Shown: piece by piece, positions 51,301-61,800 of the stretch
Layout of the letters: the number at the start of each line of letters is the position of its first letter
Position numbering within the stretch: position 1 is the stretch's first letter
NCBI GenBank assembly: GCA_905178155.1
Contig: CAJINV010000003.1
Span: 8,189,117-8,253,116 of the forward strand
Direction: 5' to 3'
DNA from: Amoebophrya sp. A120
Taxonomy: Eukaryota > Protista > Dinoflagellata
DNA: 64,000 nt
Program-made: the position numbers and the translations under genes
Notes under the pieces: model-generated
Seen by the model: the letters and a program-made list of their open reading frames with translations, nothing else
Told to the model about the DNA's origin: nothing
Databases searched by the model: none

Positions 51301-54300
51301 ACCGGATACCCCTGATGTTAAAATTTGCGAAAACAGCACGCGGCGTGAGATGAAAGCTGCCGCAGCTCGAAATTCCGGCCACCGGCTTCTGGAGGTGTTT
51401 TTCAACAAGGATAAGACGAACGCCGACAAAAATGCAGAAATCCAGCGTCCGAAGTTGCAGTTCCGAACGGAAGGGGACAACGAGGACCTGGTCCAAATGT
51501 GGAAGCTGCACACGAAAGGGGTATCCTGAGGAAAAATCCCCCCTCCCCATATTCGAAAGGCCACGCTTGATGCGCGATCTGTGCACGACACAAATCGCGA
51601 GGGACTCATGAAAGCGCAATTGGCTGCGCTTGTTTGGGCTTCTAGTAGTTCTAGAAGTCTAGCGGTTCAGCATGATACAGATTCTTGCTCCTGTTGTAGG
51701 ATAAAACGCATTTAAAGAAGATGGCCGAGCCCGTGCTCGCTTTCGCTCTCACCTCCCAAGTATGCAGGGCAGTAGAGGGACTTTTTGCGTATACAAATCT
51801 AATCGGCAACACAACTGTTTCTGCCGCTTTATTTTCAATATGGGGAGGGAGGGTTTTTCGTCATGATAAGTGGCAAAATTTGACCACGAGAAGAGGCTCG
51901 CGGACATGCGGCTGGAAAACTTGACCTGGCGACTGTGGTACAAGGCCCGAAGGCATGAACAGCTAACGTTTTTGGCTGACCCGTTGCCCTCGTTGCTGCC
52001 AATCAGGGCCGGTAGGCCTTCCTCGCGAGGAGGGGGCACATATGAACAAGATCTCCGAGAGGAAACACGAATCTTCGAAGACCCCAGTTCTCTCAGCGGA
52101 ATTAGAACCGCCAAGCGGAACGGCCGTGGACGCGTTCGAGAGCGCGACGAGTTCTTTGCCAATCACCAGGCTGACATTGAGGTGGACTCTACCGGGTCAG
52201 TGTCCGTGTACAATTTTGGCCGGAGCCACAGTGCCGAGGGGCGCGTCTTCAATTTGTGGCGCCGGAAGCACAAGCGGCGGATCCTGCGGCGCTTGCTCCA
52301 AGAGGACGTCGAGGTAGAGAGAGTGGCCCAACAAGAAGAAGTTAATAACACGACTGCTGCAGCTGCTGGTTACTCTTCCGGTTCGGGTTGTTCCGCCACG
52401 TCTTCCTCTTGTGAGGAAATGCTATCCGATGTTGCAAAAAATACGGCAACCTGGAACGGTTCTGCCGTTGTTCCAGTGCTGTCATCTTGTTCAACAGCTG
52501 GAGGTCTTCATGCAGCCACTGTTCCTAAAGACGAACACGATCGAGGCAGTGGCAGTGCAGACCACCATTCCACCTCGCGTAGCGGCACTGCCACGGTGTC
52601 CTCTCCACGTTTGCTCCCTACGAAGCAGCAAGAACTATATCAACCGTTACAACACGATACTGGATCCTCTTCACTAGGTGCGCCGCCCGCGGGACGAGCG
52701 AACCCGAACATGGGCCGCGATCTTGCTACTGACGCTCTATTCCGCGTGGTTTTCCGCGATCTTGCTACTGACGCGGGGTTTTCCGCGTGATTTCTGTTAG
52801 GAAATCGCTCGCCCCTGGGCTTTCCGCGTTTCTTTATAGGAAATCTCTTCCTTAGGAGCCGGCCGCTGATCTCCGCGAAAAAAACACGTAGTGGAGGCAA
52901 GCTCCTTCTGATCTTCACTGCGAAACAGAGCGGAGACGAGCTCGGTGGCTAAGGTTTGGGTGGGATAGGGTCTGTGATAAGTATCGGGGTTTCTCCTTTG
53001 ATATGGATCAGACGGTCCGCGATGTCGGACTTTTCTCCTTTGATATGGATCAGACGACTTTTCTCCTTTGATCTGGTAACCAAAGGAGAAAAGTCCGGAC
53101 TTTTCTCCTTGCAAAGGAGAAAAGTCCGCTGGATTGATACCAGAGCGAGCAGCTCCTGGTCCAAGTCCTTCTGTTTTTGCTTCACATCCCTCTGCTTTAG
53201 CATCAAATCCTTCTGCTTTAGCATCAAATCCTTCTGCTTTAGCATCAAATCCTTCTGTTTTAGCATCGATTCCTTCTGCTTTAGCATCCGGTCCTTCTGT
53301 TTTAGCATCAATTCCTTCTGTCTTAGCATCGATTCCTTCTGTTTTTGCATCAATTCCTTCTGTTTTTGCATTTTTCTACATATCACGCGTGCTGTGATAT
53401 CAACAGCACAGTCGACTTTTCTCCTTTTCTTCTTTGATATCATGTGATATCACGTGATATCAAAGGAGAAAAGTCTTTTTTCAAAGTTTAAAGACCCAAG
53501 GCTGTTTATAAGCAAGCTCTGCGATTTACTGTGTTACACATTTCAAACAGTATCAAGATTCCGCCGATTTACTGTGTTACACATTTCAAACAGTATCAAG
53601 ATTCCGCTGCGGTTCGTCAGGTTTGCGACTTAGTGAAACAGCAGGCATTGTCCCTCACAAGGTCGAAAGCATCGCTGTGACCTTGGCCCGCTCTATTGTT
53701 TCGCTGACACATTCTGCCGCCGCCCGGTCTATCAGTCACTGGAGTTCTCAATCAGGTCCGCGACATGTAGCAGCTTGCCTTCTTAGCTATTCCAGTGAAC
53801 TGAAGCAGCCGCAGCTACGTGGAGGCCTTGTTCTTTTTGCCTGACACGAAAATGAAAACGCAATAGGCGTGACAGGTAGCCGCGGCTCGAAAAAAGTTCT
53901 AGCCTGCCCTTGAAAAAATACGCTATTTTCGATGTCGTGTGTAACTGTAACACTTTTTTCCTTCGATACCTGGTGCGCCGCCCGCCGGACGACCGAACCA
54001 AAACATGGGCCGCGATCTTGCTCCTGACGCTCTATTTACTGGATCCTCTTCACCTGGTGGTGTGCTGCCCGCGGGACTAGCGAACCAGAACTATGGCCGT
54101 ACTATCTGCATCTTTTCAAAGTGGATAAAAAAACTTCAGGGTGTCCGCGCATAGGCATTGCGCTGCTTGACCTTTGTCATGTGCCTTTGTCACGCATAAA
54201 ATGCATTGGGGCCATGCGTATCAAGTTATCTAGCTAAGAAGCCGGCCATGTCGCCGCGGCGAGGACTACGCCGCGCACGGACTCGGGTCATTCTTGAGTC

Positions 54301-57300
54301 TTTGGCGACGACCACTTGGCTTCAGAGATAATCATGCCCCCCAAGAGAAGCCGAGCGGCTTCCATCAGCTTCCTGCCCTCCCAATGTGCGGCGGAGTTGC
54401 AGGTGGCGCGTCCCGACTCTTCGATGAAGCAGAAGAAGTCTACGAGCTGGCTATGGGTCACATCCACGGTGGCTCTGCGCTTTTCGCTCGACACCCCCCG
54501 CCCAGCCCTTTCGACAGAGGAAACGCGGACGACCAAGTCGCCAGGCTGCTTGGCTCACTCCGCCACCCCCACGTCGCTGGGAACATCAGCGCCCTCGCCT
54601 TCTTCCTCAATTTCCGCCCTTCCCTGGCCTGCCAGATTTTCTGCTTCTGCGCAGCGCCCTCATGCGCTTGCGTGAGTTATGGGGGCCACTCCACGCGGGC
54701 CACGCTTCAATAGCGCAGCCACATGCGGCAAAGCCCCTCTCGGCGGAGCCTGCGCGCTGCAGCCCCATCGGTATGAATTGCCCTGGTTGGGCTTGGTTGG
54801 GAAAGCTTTCAAGGCCATGGCCGTTTTTGTTGTGATAGAGTTAGAACGAACTCGAGGGGGCGAGCGCGCTGGCAACGCCGTAAACCAGGGGCAGGCCCCG
54901 GCGGCCTACGCCTTCTCCTGCGTACCTCTAGCCCCGGTAGGCCCTGGGGCCTATGCGACCTTCGCCCGTACGCAGGCCGGGATGCCCGGGGCCCCGGCGG
55001 AAAGATGCGCCGAGGGCTTCCGAAGCTGGGAGATTTCTCCTCTGCGAGACCCTTGCAGAGACCCCTGCGAAGCCTGCCGCTTTTTTGATAGCGAACCAGC
55101 CAAGGCGTGCGCCCGCGGTAGGTTTTTTGCGAGGGCCTTCAAGATGTGGGGCGGGATGATTGCTTTCGGAGATTGCGCTTTGGCCGGGTCCTTGCCAGAG
55201 ACCAAGCTGCGGGGCGGCAAAGATTGCCCCACCTGCGAAGCCCTTGGCCCGTTGCGACATGTGTCGCATGAATTAGGCAACCCAGGCAGCCCCGGCAGAA
55301 GTGGCCTACAGCTGTTGGGGGGCCACTGCCCAGAAGTATGCAAGCGCGAGGTGGCCTGATCGCCCTGCGTGCCGTTTTGGATTGTCCGGCGGGCCGAATC
55401 AGGTAAGCGCCAAAGAAGGGGCGGTGGGCCGAGACCAGGCAACACCGCGCTGCCGATGTCGCTCTTTTCATGGCGCCCGCCTAGAGGAGTGGCATCGCGG
55501 TCGCGTAGCTGTTTTGCTCGAATTCCTGGCAGCGCACGCCAGGAGTGTGCTGCGGATCCCAAAAGAATGGCTCTGGTCCGGCTGATTACCTAGTCGCCCG
55601 CTTCGTTTCCCTCAAACTTATTCGCTGCGTGTAGCCTGTGCAGCTTTCTGCTGGTGCTCGGGGTTGTGGGTTAGCCTACCGCCCCTACCCGAATCCGTAG
55701 GCAAGGCCACCGGGAATGTTGGAATGGGGCCGCCCTCTTAGCTAGCTATGCGGAGAATGGGAAAAATAGCACAGGCGTTGGCTAGAGACCACCCATAAAG
55801 AGGCTCGCCTGCTTTGATATCGAAATGCGCGGACCCTGAAATTTTTTTATCTACTTTGAAAAGATGCAGATAGTATGGCCATAAGAACATGGGCCGCGAT
55901 CTTGCTACTGACGCTCTATTTTTGCGGAACGCAGTGGACGAGGGCAGGGCAGACGGGGACGAGGAGCAGGAATCTCAAGAACATAGCTGTGCTCGACCAG
56001 TGACTGCTGCTACTGCACGATCCACGACGAAGAGCAATATAATTACCCCCACTGCACAAGAGCCACATGGCGCCGAGTCCAACAGCTCTTGTACGAGGAC
56101 GACCAGCAGTTGTACTACTACCCCCGAACAGCAGCTGCAGGCACCGAGTTCGTACAGAATCCACTTCAAATCGGCATTGGCGTCCTCTCGTCGCCCGAGC
56201 GTGACTGAGACGGATGCAATAAGAACCACCGGGGTGATGACCAGTGACGAGAGCAGTCTATCGCTGGTTCGTCGACGGAGCACCCGCGGACTCTTGATGC
56301 AGCAGTTCATGTCCACCGTTCGGGGGCTCACATCAAGTGTCGGAAACGCCAACCACGAGTACCACAACTGCTTCCAGAAGGGGCTTGCGTTTGTCCGCGA
56401 CGTGGACGAGGACGAGCAAAGTGGTCGTCCAGACGAGGAAGAGGACCACGCCGTTGATTTTCGAAGGATCCCATACGAACAAGATCTGGCGAACGAGGAC
56501 ACTGTGGCGGACGAAGACCATGATCAGACGGAGTCGTCTCTGATGCAAATGAACTTGGGGCGTCGAACCAAGCACGTTCAAAATAAGAAAGCCCTGGCAG
56601 GTAGAACCAGCCACGCGGCAGGACCTTCCGGAGAAGTAGATGCTGACAGCGAGGACAGGAGGGTCGTCGGCGTCAGTCCTGCTCACCAGCATCACCTTAG
56701 AAAGAGCTGCCCGTTGAATGCCATTATAGCTGTGCAGGACTCTACAACGAGCTCAGCTTCGACTTCGCTCGAGGGAATCGAGATCATGGATCCAGCAGTC
56801 AGCGAGGACAATACGGCCGACGCTAGGTGCTGGTCGACGGATGGGACACCCTCCCCGGCTGCGATTGCCAGAAAGAGCACAAAAGAACGTTCGGTAGTTT
56901 CGGCGGAAACTATTGGCACTAAGACAGCGAATGATCTCGTTGACGGGAGGAGGGAAAGAACAGGAGATACTACCCCACGACAGCACCCCGAGAATACAAC
57001 AGACGACCAAAAAATCACCGTGCTGAGAAAGAACGTATTTTTAAGCAAGAATAGCAATAACGTCCAAGAAAGCAGCTGCAGCACCAGCGGCACTACCACG
57101 ACGAAAGCCTGTCTGGAGGAATGGCTCTGTGGATCGCCCTGTCTCGTGTGCGGAGGGAATTTGAAAAGCGGAGCGCGGGTGTGCGTTTGCGGGATTCCCG
57201 ACCACCGGTATGCTTGGTCGTCTCACCTATTTTCGAGGAACGCTGCGTAACCACGGGAAATTATAAAGCACACCTTTGCATTTTTGCAACTTGATTCGAA

Positions 57301-58294
57301 AGCAACGTATTTTAGAGATTACTGTCGCTGAGTCTAGCTCTAGCACATACACGTAGACAGTCACTGGATCTTTCAGAATTAGACCAAGCGCTTCGCCGTG
57401 GCGGACGCAAATAAGTTGTCGTTTCTTGTTTGGCACAATGAGGAAGACAAAGTACACGCTCGCCTCTGCATTGCTAGGCAGGTAGAACAAAATGACACCC
57501 GAATCACGAGGGACGAGATCATTTCTGTCAGTATACATAGGAACAAGCACGGATGTGCTACTTTTCCGTGTGATAGTACTATGGCAACCCTGCCACCGTC
57601 GAACTGCGCTGCTGGAGAAGAGGTTTTTGTTACAGACCGACAACAGCACCAACAAGTGGGAGATCATGCTGCAGGCCTCCAAGACGGGAATGCTCATCGG
57701 CTGCACGAGAACGCGCAATACGACAATCAAACTGATCTTGATCATGTTAATACGGGCCGTCAGAGAGATGCAGCGGGTCTTCCTGGATCTTGCACGTATC
57801 ATGAAAACAGCAACGAAGATGGAAGCGTCGTCGAAGATGACACACGAGCTAGAAGCAACATTAAGTTGAATCTTCTGGACGTCGCGTGCCCAGAGGAATG
57901 CAGCCTGTGGCAATGGCGCATTTCGTCCGCCACCGCTGCGGCCAACAACTCACCCGCGGCAACGCGACGCGAGAACCAGTACTGGCGGAAGTGGTTCAAG
58001 TTGCAGCAACAGCTCGGGGGCACACCAGCGGGCCAGACCCATTTTCCAGATACCCCATCGGTTCTCTACGATGCGACCCCGTCCCCGAGCAACTCTAACT
58101 CCGTCAATGCATCTTTTCGCCCTGATGAAAAACGAGCTCAGCTGAACTTGTCTCGGCTAGTCCAGCTACTGCAGGTCCAGCAACACCGCCAACAGGAGCA
58201 CAACCATGTAGTACCATCAAACAGCGCCGCGCACTCGCACACCTCTGGCATCATAGAAGTAGAGCCATCGAGATCGACCGGTTCATTCCGCTAA
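48378..58294 (+). CDS. Large low-complexity regulatory-type protein with DUF1752 (RLENxxWR) motif, multiply interrupted
   Basis: Exons ~48378-49133, 49391-51521, 51874-~52742, 53969-54091, 55889-57178, 57383-58294; LVQMWKLHTK...RLENLTWRLW. Splicing across 52743-53968 is unresolved. Confidence 0.62.
49134..49385. mobile_element. TIR introner, family C (252 bp), TSD ACTTC/ACTTT
   Basis: TATCCGAGTGCACAACTCCTCCTCC...GGAGGAGGACTTGTGCACTTGCACA; frame restored (LEDFLAHMW). Confidence 0.83.
51522..51868. mobile_element. TIR introner (347 bp), TSD AGGGG/AGTGG
   Basis: TATCCTGAGGAAAAATCCCCCCTCCCCATATT...AATATGGGGAGGGAGGGTTTTTCGTCATGATA; interrupts the DUF1752 motif and removal is in frame. Confidence 0.88.
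52985..53476. repeat. Palindromic GGAGAAAAGTC cluster enclosing a 21-bp minisatellite
   Basis: GACTTTTCTCC/GGAGAAAAGTC recurs in both orientations; about 10 copies of CCTTCTGCTTTAGCATCAAAT at 53166-53371. Confidence 0.85.
53522..53607. repeat. 43-bp exact tandem duplication
   Basis: CGATTTACTGTGTTACACATTTCAAACAGTATCAAGATTCCGC x2. Confidence 0.9.
54092..55883. mobile_element. 1.8-kb TIR DNA transposon (TATGG...CCATA, ~60-bp TIRs, TSD AGAAC); no intact transposase recognised
   Basis: Left TATGGCCGTACTATCTGCATCTTTTCAAAGTGGATAAAAAAAC..., right ...TTTTTTTATCTACTTTGAAAAGATGCAGATAGTATGGCCATA; AGAAC at 54087-54091 and 55884-55888. Confidence 0.9.
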
Positions 58295-59309
58295 CAGAAG
58301 GTGAAAATCAAAACCAAAAAAGCAGTTGCATGTACTAGCCAAAACGGCATCGAGAATGTAATCGAACTTTGTTGCGCTGGTCCTTGTAGTACTATGTTCG
58401 CTGCGAGAGCGACAGGAAAGATAGAAGCTGCAAGAATGTGATGAAACCAAGTTGAGGAAACAACCTCCTTACGATAAGATGTACGATTGCAATTTTTGGC
58501 GCGATTCCCAGATTTTCTTGAAAAGAAAAAATATACTACATTGTCACTAGATGTTGAAATCAAACTCTTTTGTAATCGCTACAAGGCGTGAAGCTTAAAA
58601 CTAGCGCGAGTCGATGCAGAACGAGCGGTTTTTCAGGAATACCACGTACATTTTTTGTTGCTCCGAATCGCCAAGGAAAAATGTCCATGGTCCAAACACG
58701 ATGATACGTGCACCAAGTAGTCCCAAGCATATTAGACATACTTCGCATTACCCTACCCTACGAAAAAAAAGCTGCCATATTTCCCAATATCATGAACCCC
58801 CTAATTGCTTTGATGCCCCTCGCTTTTCATATGGAGTATTCCATCAGAAAGATACTAAGAAGAAATAAGAAAGTTGCGGCTACAGTGGCTAGTCAAGGAA
58901 CTTCTGAGTTTTGACTTTCTGACACTTTTGGCGATAATACCAAGAAAACTCTTTACGTTACTATTCCTGCCATCACATGTTGATCTATCGTGACAACGAA
59001 GATGGTTGGAACCTCCAAATAACGGGACCCGAACATGTTCTGTGTGTCAAGGTTCCCTGTGATCATAAGTTGCGAAGTTTTGACCTTCAGAAGCTCCAAC
59101 CATAGAGAACTCTTGCCCAACACAAACACGCCTTTGCCCTGGAGTTCGTTGGCGAACTACAATGTTGTCAGGCATTTACACTTTATTCGGTCGTAGCAGG
59201 ACTTTATTTTTTGAAAGAAGTTTCATTCTTTGACTTTACTGTTACTAAACATTCTCAAAGCTAAATACAAGAAGTCTGACTCTGAAAGGGAACGGCAAGC
59301 TGATCTCCC

Positions 59310-60767
59310 ATGTCGCAAATGTTTGGCTCACCGCGCGGTCGTTTGCCCTTGGATGTGTTGCACCAAGGGCTTACGAACCAGTTAGAGGCACTCGGCTTCG
59401 AAGCGCCAATTAGTGACGCGGAGTTGCCTTTTTTTGCCGTGATTCTTTCTATCGGTTTTTTCCTCTCGTTCTTCGGGCACAAGTTGAAAAAAAGCGTTTT
59501 GTTTGTTACCGGCGCCTTGCTTCCGGTGTTTCTGTACACGGTCAATTTCCTGCCGGAAAACCCACCACTGAAAATTATCATCGTGGTCGTGCTCGGGTTA
59601 TGCGCGGGCATTTTCTTTGTGAAGTACCCGAAGTGTGGCCTGGCCGGTGTGGGCATCGTGTGGGGGGCTGCGATGGGGCGGTTTTTGTTCTTCTTGCTGC
59701 AGTCCATCCTGAAGGTATCCAAGAAAAAAACTGTGTTAGTGTAAGTCTTTTGGGAAAACAGCATCACAAGTTTGTCTGCCATGACAGGACAAACTTGTTA
59801 TGCACAGATACAAAGGGAAAACACAGAGGAAGCGAGCCGGTCACGCATGTCGAGCATGACAAGTGTAACCGTTTGGCATTTTCTGCATCACAGATTTACA
59901 CTTACACAGTTTTTTTCTTGCATAGAAGGACCAGGTATTCACGCCCAACAAGGAAGCGATCAACGTGGGATGCATCGCCGTCTCCGCGACCGCGGGCGGT
60001 CTTCTGGTCGCTGGCTGCTTATCGCAAGAAAAAACTGTTTCACTGTGAACTTGTGATGCAGAGACCGGAGCACCAAAGGGCTTGTCTTGCTACACCTGCA
60101 TAGAACGTTGGAGTTTCAACCGTGGTTTGCCTTATGGGAAATGCGCGCATGGCAAATTTTCCGTGTCATGTGTAACAAACTTGTAAATGCAGATCTTGCA
60201 AAAAAATCACCACAGTGAAACAGTTTTTTCGTGGGATACTGTTTTAGCAAGCTGTACTGCTTGGTGATCCCCTTCGTCGGGGCGGTTTTGGGGGCGGACG
60301 CGCTGGCACACGTCCTGATCATCGTGGCCCACAAGTACTGGAAGCGGATCCGCGGGTACTTTCCCTTGGAGACACCCCTGCTGATCAACCACGACCTGGA
60401 AGATTCGGAGTCGCTGCACAAGTACCTGGAAGAATTGAAACGCTCCGGAGAACAGGTGTTCGAAGACGTCTCCAGTCTATTCGGTGCGGGGGACGAAGCT
60501 GGTGCTGCAACCTCGTCGTCCTCCTCCTTCCGCGATTTTCTACACCAGGCGGAAAAAAGTTTGGTCAAGTACCGCTACCCCTGGGGGATTTGGGCGGCCT
60601 GTTTCGTGTTCTGTTTCATCGTTGGCGTGAAGTTGCAGTGCAGGGAGTACCGCAAAGAGAAACGGGAAAAGCAGCGGCTGCACCTAGCCGAGGAATCCAG
60701 TGACGAGGAGCCTCTATTGGCGCATCCGGCCTACCGTTCCCGCCCCATCGGGCAGCGCTTGGTATAG
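59310..60767 (+). CDS. DUF4203/TMEM198-like multi-pass membrane protein (start uncertain)
   Basis: IGFFLSFFGHKLKKSVLFVTGA pattern and several TM helices; removing the introners at 59716 and 60020 gives a continuous frame. Confidence 0.72.
59716..59924. mobile_element. TIR introner, family B (209 bp), TSD GAAGG
   Basis: Near-identical to 24272-24479; the flanks give GT-AG. Confidence 0.93.
60020..60238. mobile_element. TIR introner, family-B-related (219 bp), TSD CTGCT/CTGTT
   Basis: TATCGCAAGAAAAAACTGTTTCACTGTG...CACAGTGAAACAGTTTTTTCGTGGGATA. Confidence 0.9.
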
Positions 60768-61800
60768 GGGCAGGGTGGAGGAAGATGCAGCGGGCTGTCA
60801 CGCCGGAGGTGGCAGTTGTATGAGGACATTAATATTTTTTTGTGACCCGCGTCGGTCGGACGACTACGGCTTCAGCGAACGAACCGTACTTAAGTCAATA
60901 ACTGCCGCGCGTTGTAGTTTTCTGAAGTGGATAATGAACACATGTGCTAGCTTTTTATGTTTGAAGTCTTTCAATGAAAATACAGACTACAAACGGCACC
61001 GATTGCAAGTAGATTTTTAAGCTTGGTTCCAGTTTTGTTTGAAGAATTTCGAAGAGATTCGTAAAATTAAGTTGGTTATACTGAATCAATGTGGAGTACA
61101 ATCCCACTCCGTTTTAGATTGATGTCGTGTCTGCGAAATAAAGTTAGAGCGATGTGGATTTGGATACATGACTGAACCAATGAATGTACTTTTCCTGGCA
61201 AGCAAATGTACTTCAAAAACTAGAACTGCCGCGCGTTAGCGATATTATTGCTCCATTTTCCGTGCCATTCATGATCCCTGTTCGCGAATACGGAACGGTT
61301 GCCGTAGATGTTATCAAGATCACCATTTGCTCCTTTGGAGTGCACAGCCTCGTGGAGCCTCCGTCTCGTGATCACAATGCCTAGCAATCGACGGGATTCG
61401 AACCGTTTCGTCTCGGTCCATTGATTTTTTCTGGTAAGCGTGGCAGTATGGTACCTGCTCGCGTTGCTCCTTCGTCTATGAAATGTAAATGTGTATATAG
61501 AATAAAAAATTAGCGCAGACTCAGAAAAACAAAAGATTTCAGGCACTCGACTTTCTTCCAACTCCTGGGATTTTGTATGTTATTGATGTACAGCTCTTCA
61601 TCGAAAGAAAGATTAAGGTAGAGACACTTTTTGAAATTCGCCAATTCACCAGCTACCTACGGTAAGCAAATTACATGGAGCGTCAGACAGTTACTCGCCC
61701 GACAAGCACCCAATTGAAATTTGCCAAATTCATATATTCTTTTCTCTGACTCGTCAATTTTTTCACAAAAGTTTTGCTTCATCGAAAAAGCAGTTGGAGG

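Noticed and set aside
52949-53443. Minus-strand coiled-coil ORF as a host gene
   Set aside because: The open frame is explained by a 21-bp minisatellite inside an insertion; no independent support for expression.
54670-54810. HSTRA...GWES resembling tyrosine-recombinase catalytic motifs in the 1.8-kb element
   Set aside because: Interrupted by two stops, spacing too long, and TIR+TSD architecture points to a DDE enzyme instead.
57209-57392. TATGCTTGGTC...GACCAAGCG as another introner
   Set aside because: No ATA end or TSD; an ordinary phase-0 GT-AG intron (57179-57382) explains the frame.
160-59330. Dinoflagellate spliced-leader relics (GGCTCAAG near 168, TTTGGCTCA near 59322)
   Set aside because: Matches of only 8-9 nt, expected by chance.
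15333-60019. Nucleosome-scale spacing between neighbouring introners
   Set aside because: Neighbour distances (261, 66, 76, 95 nt) show no common period.
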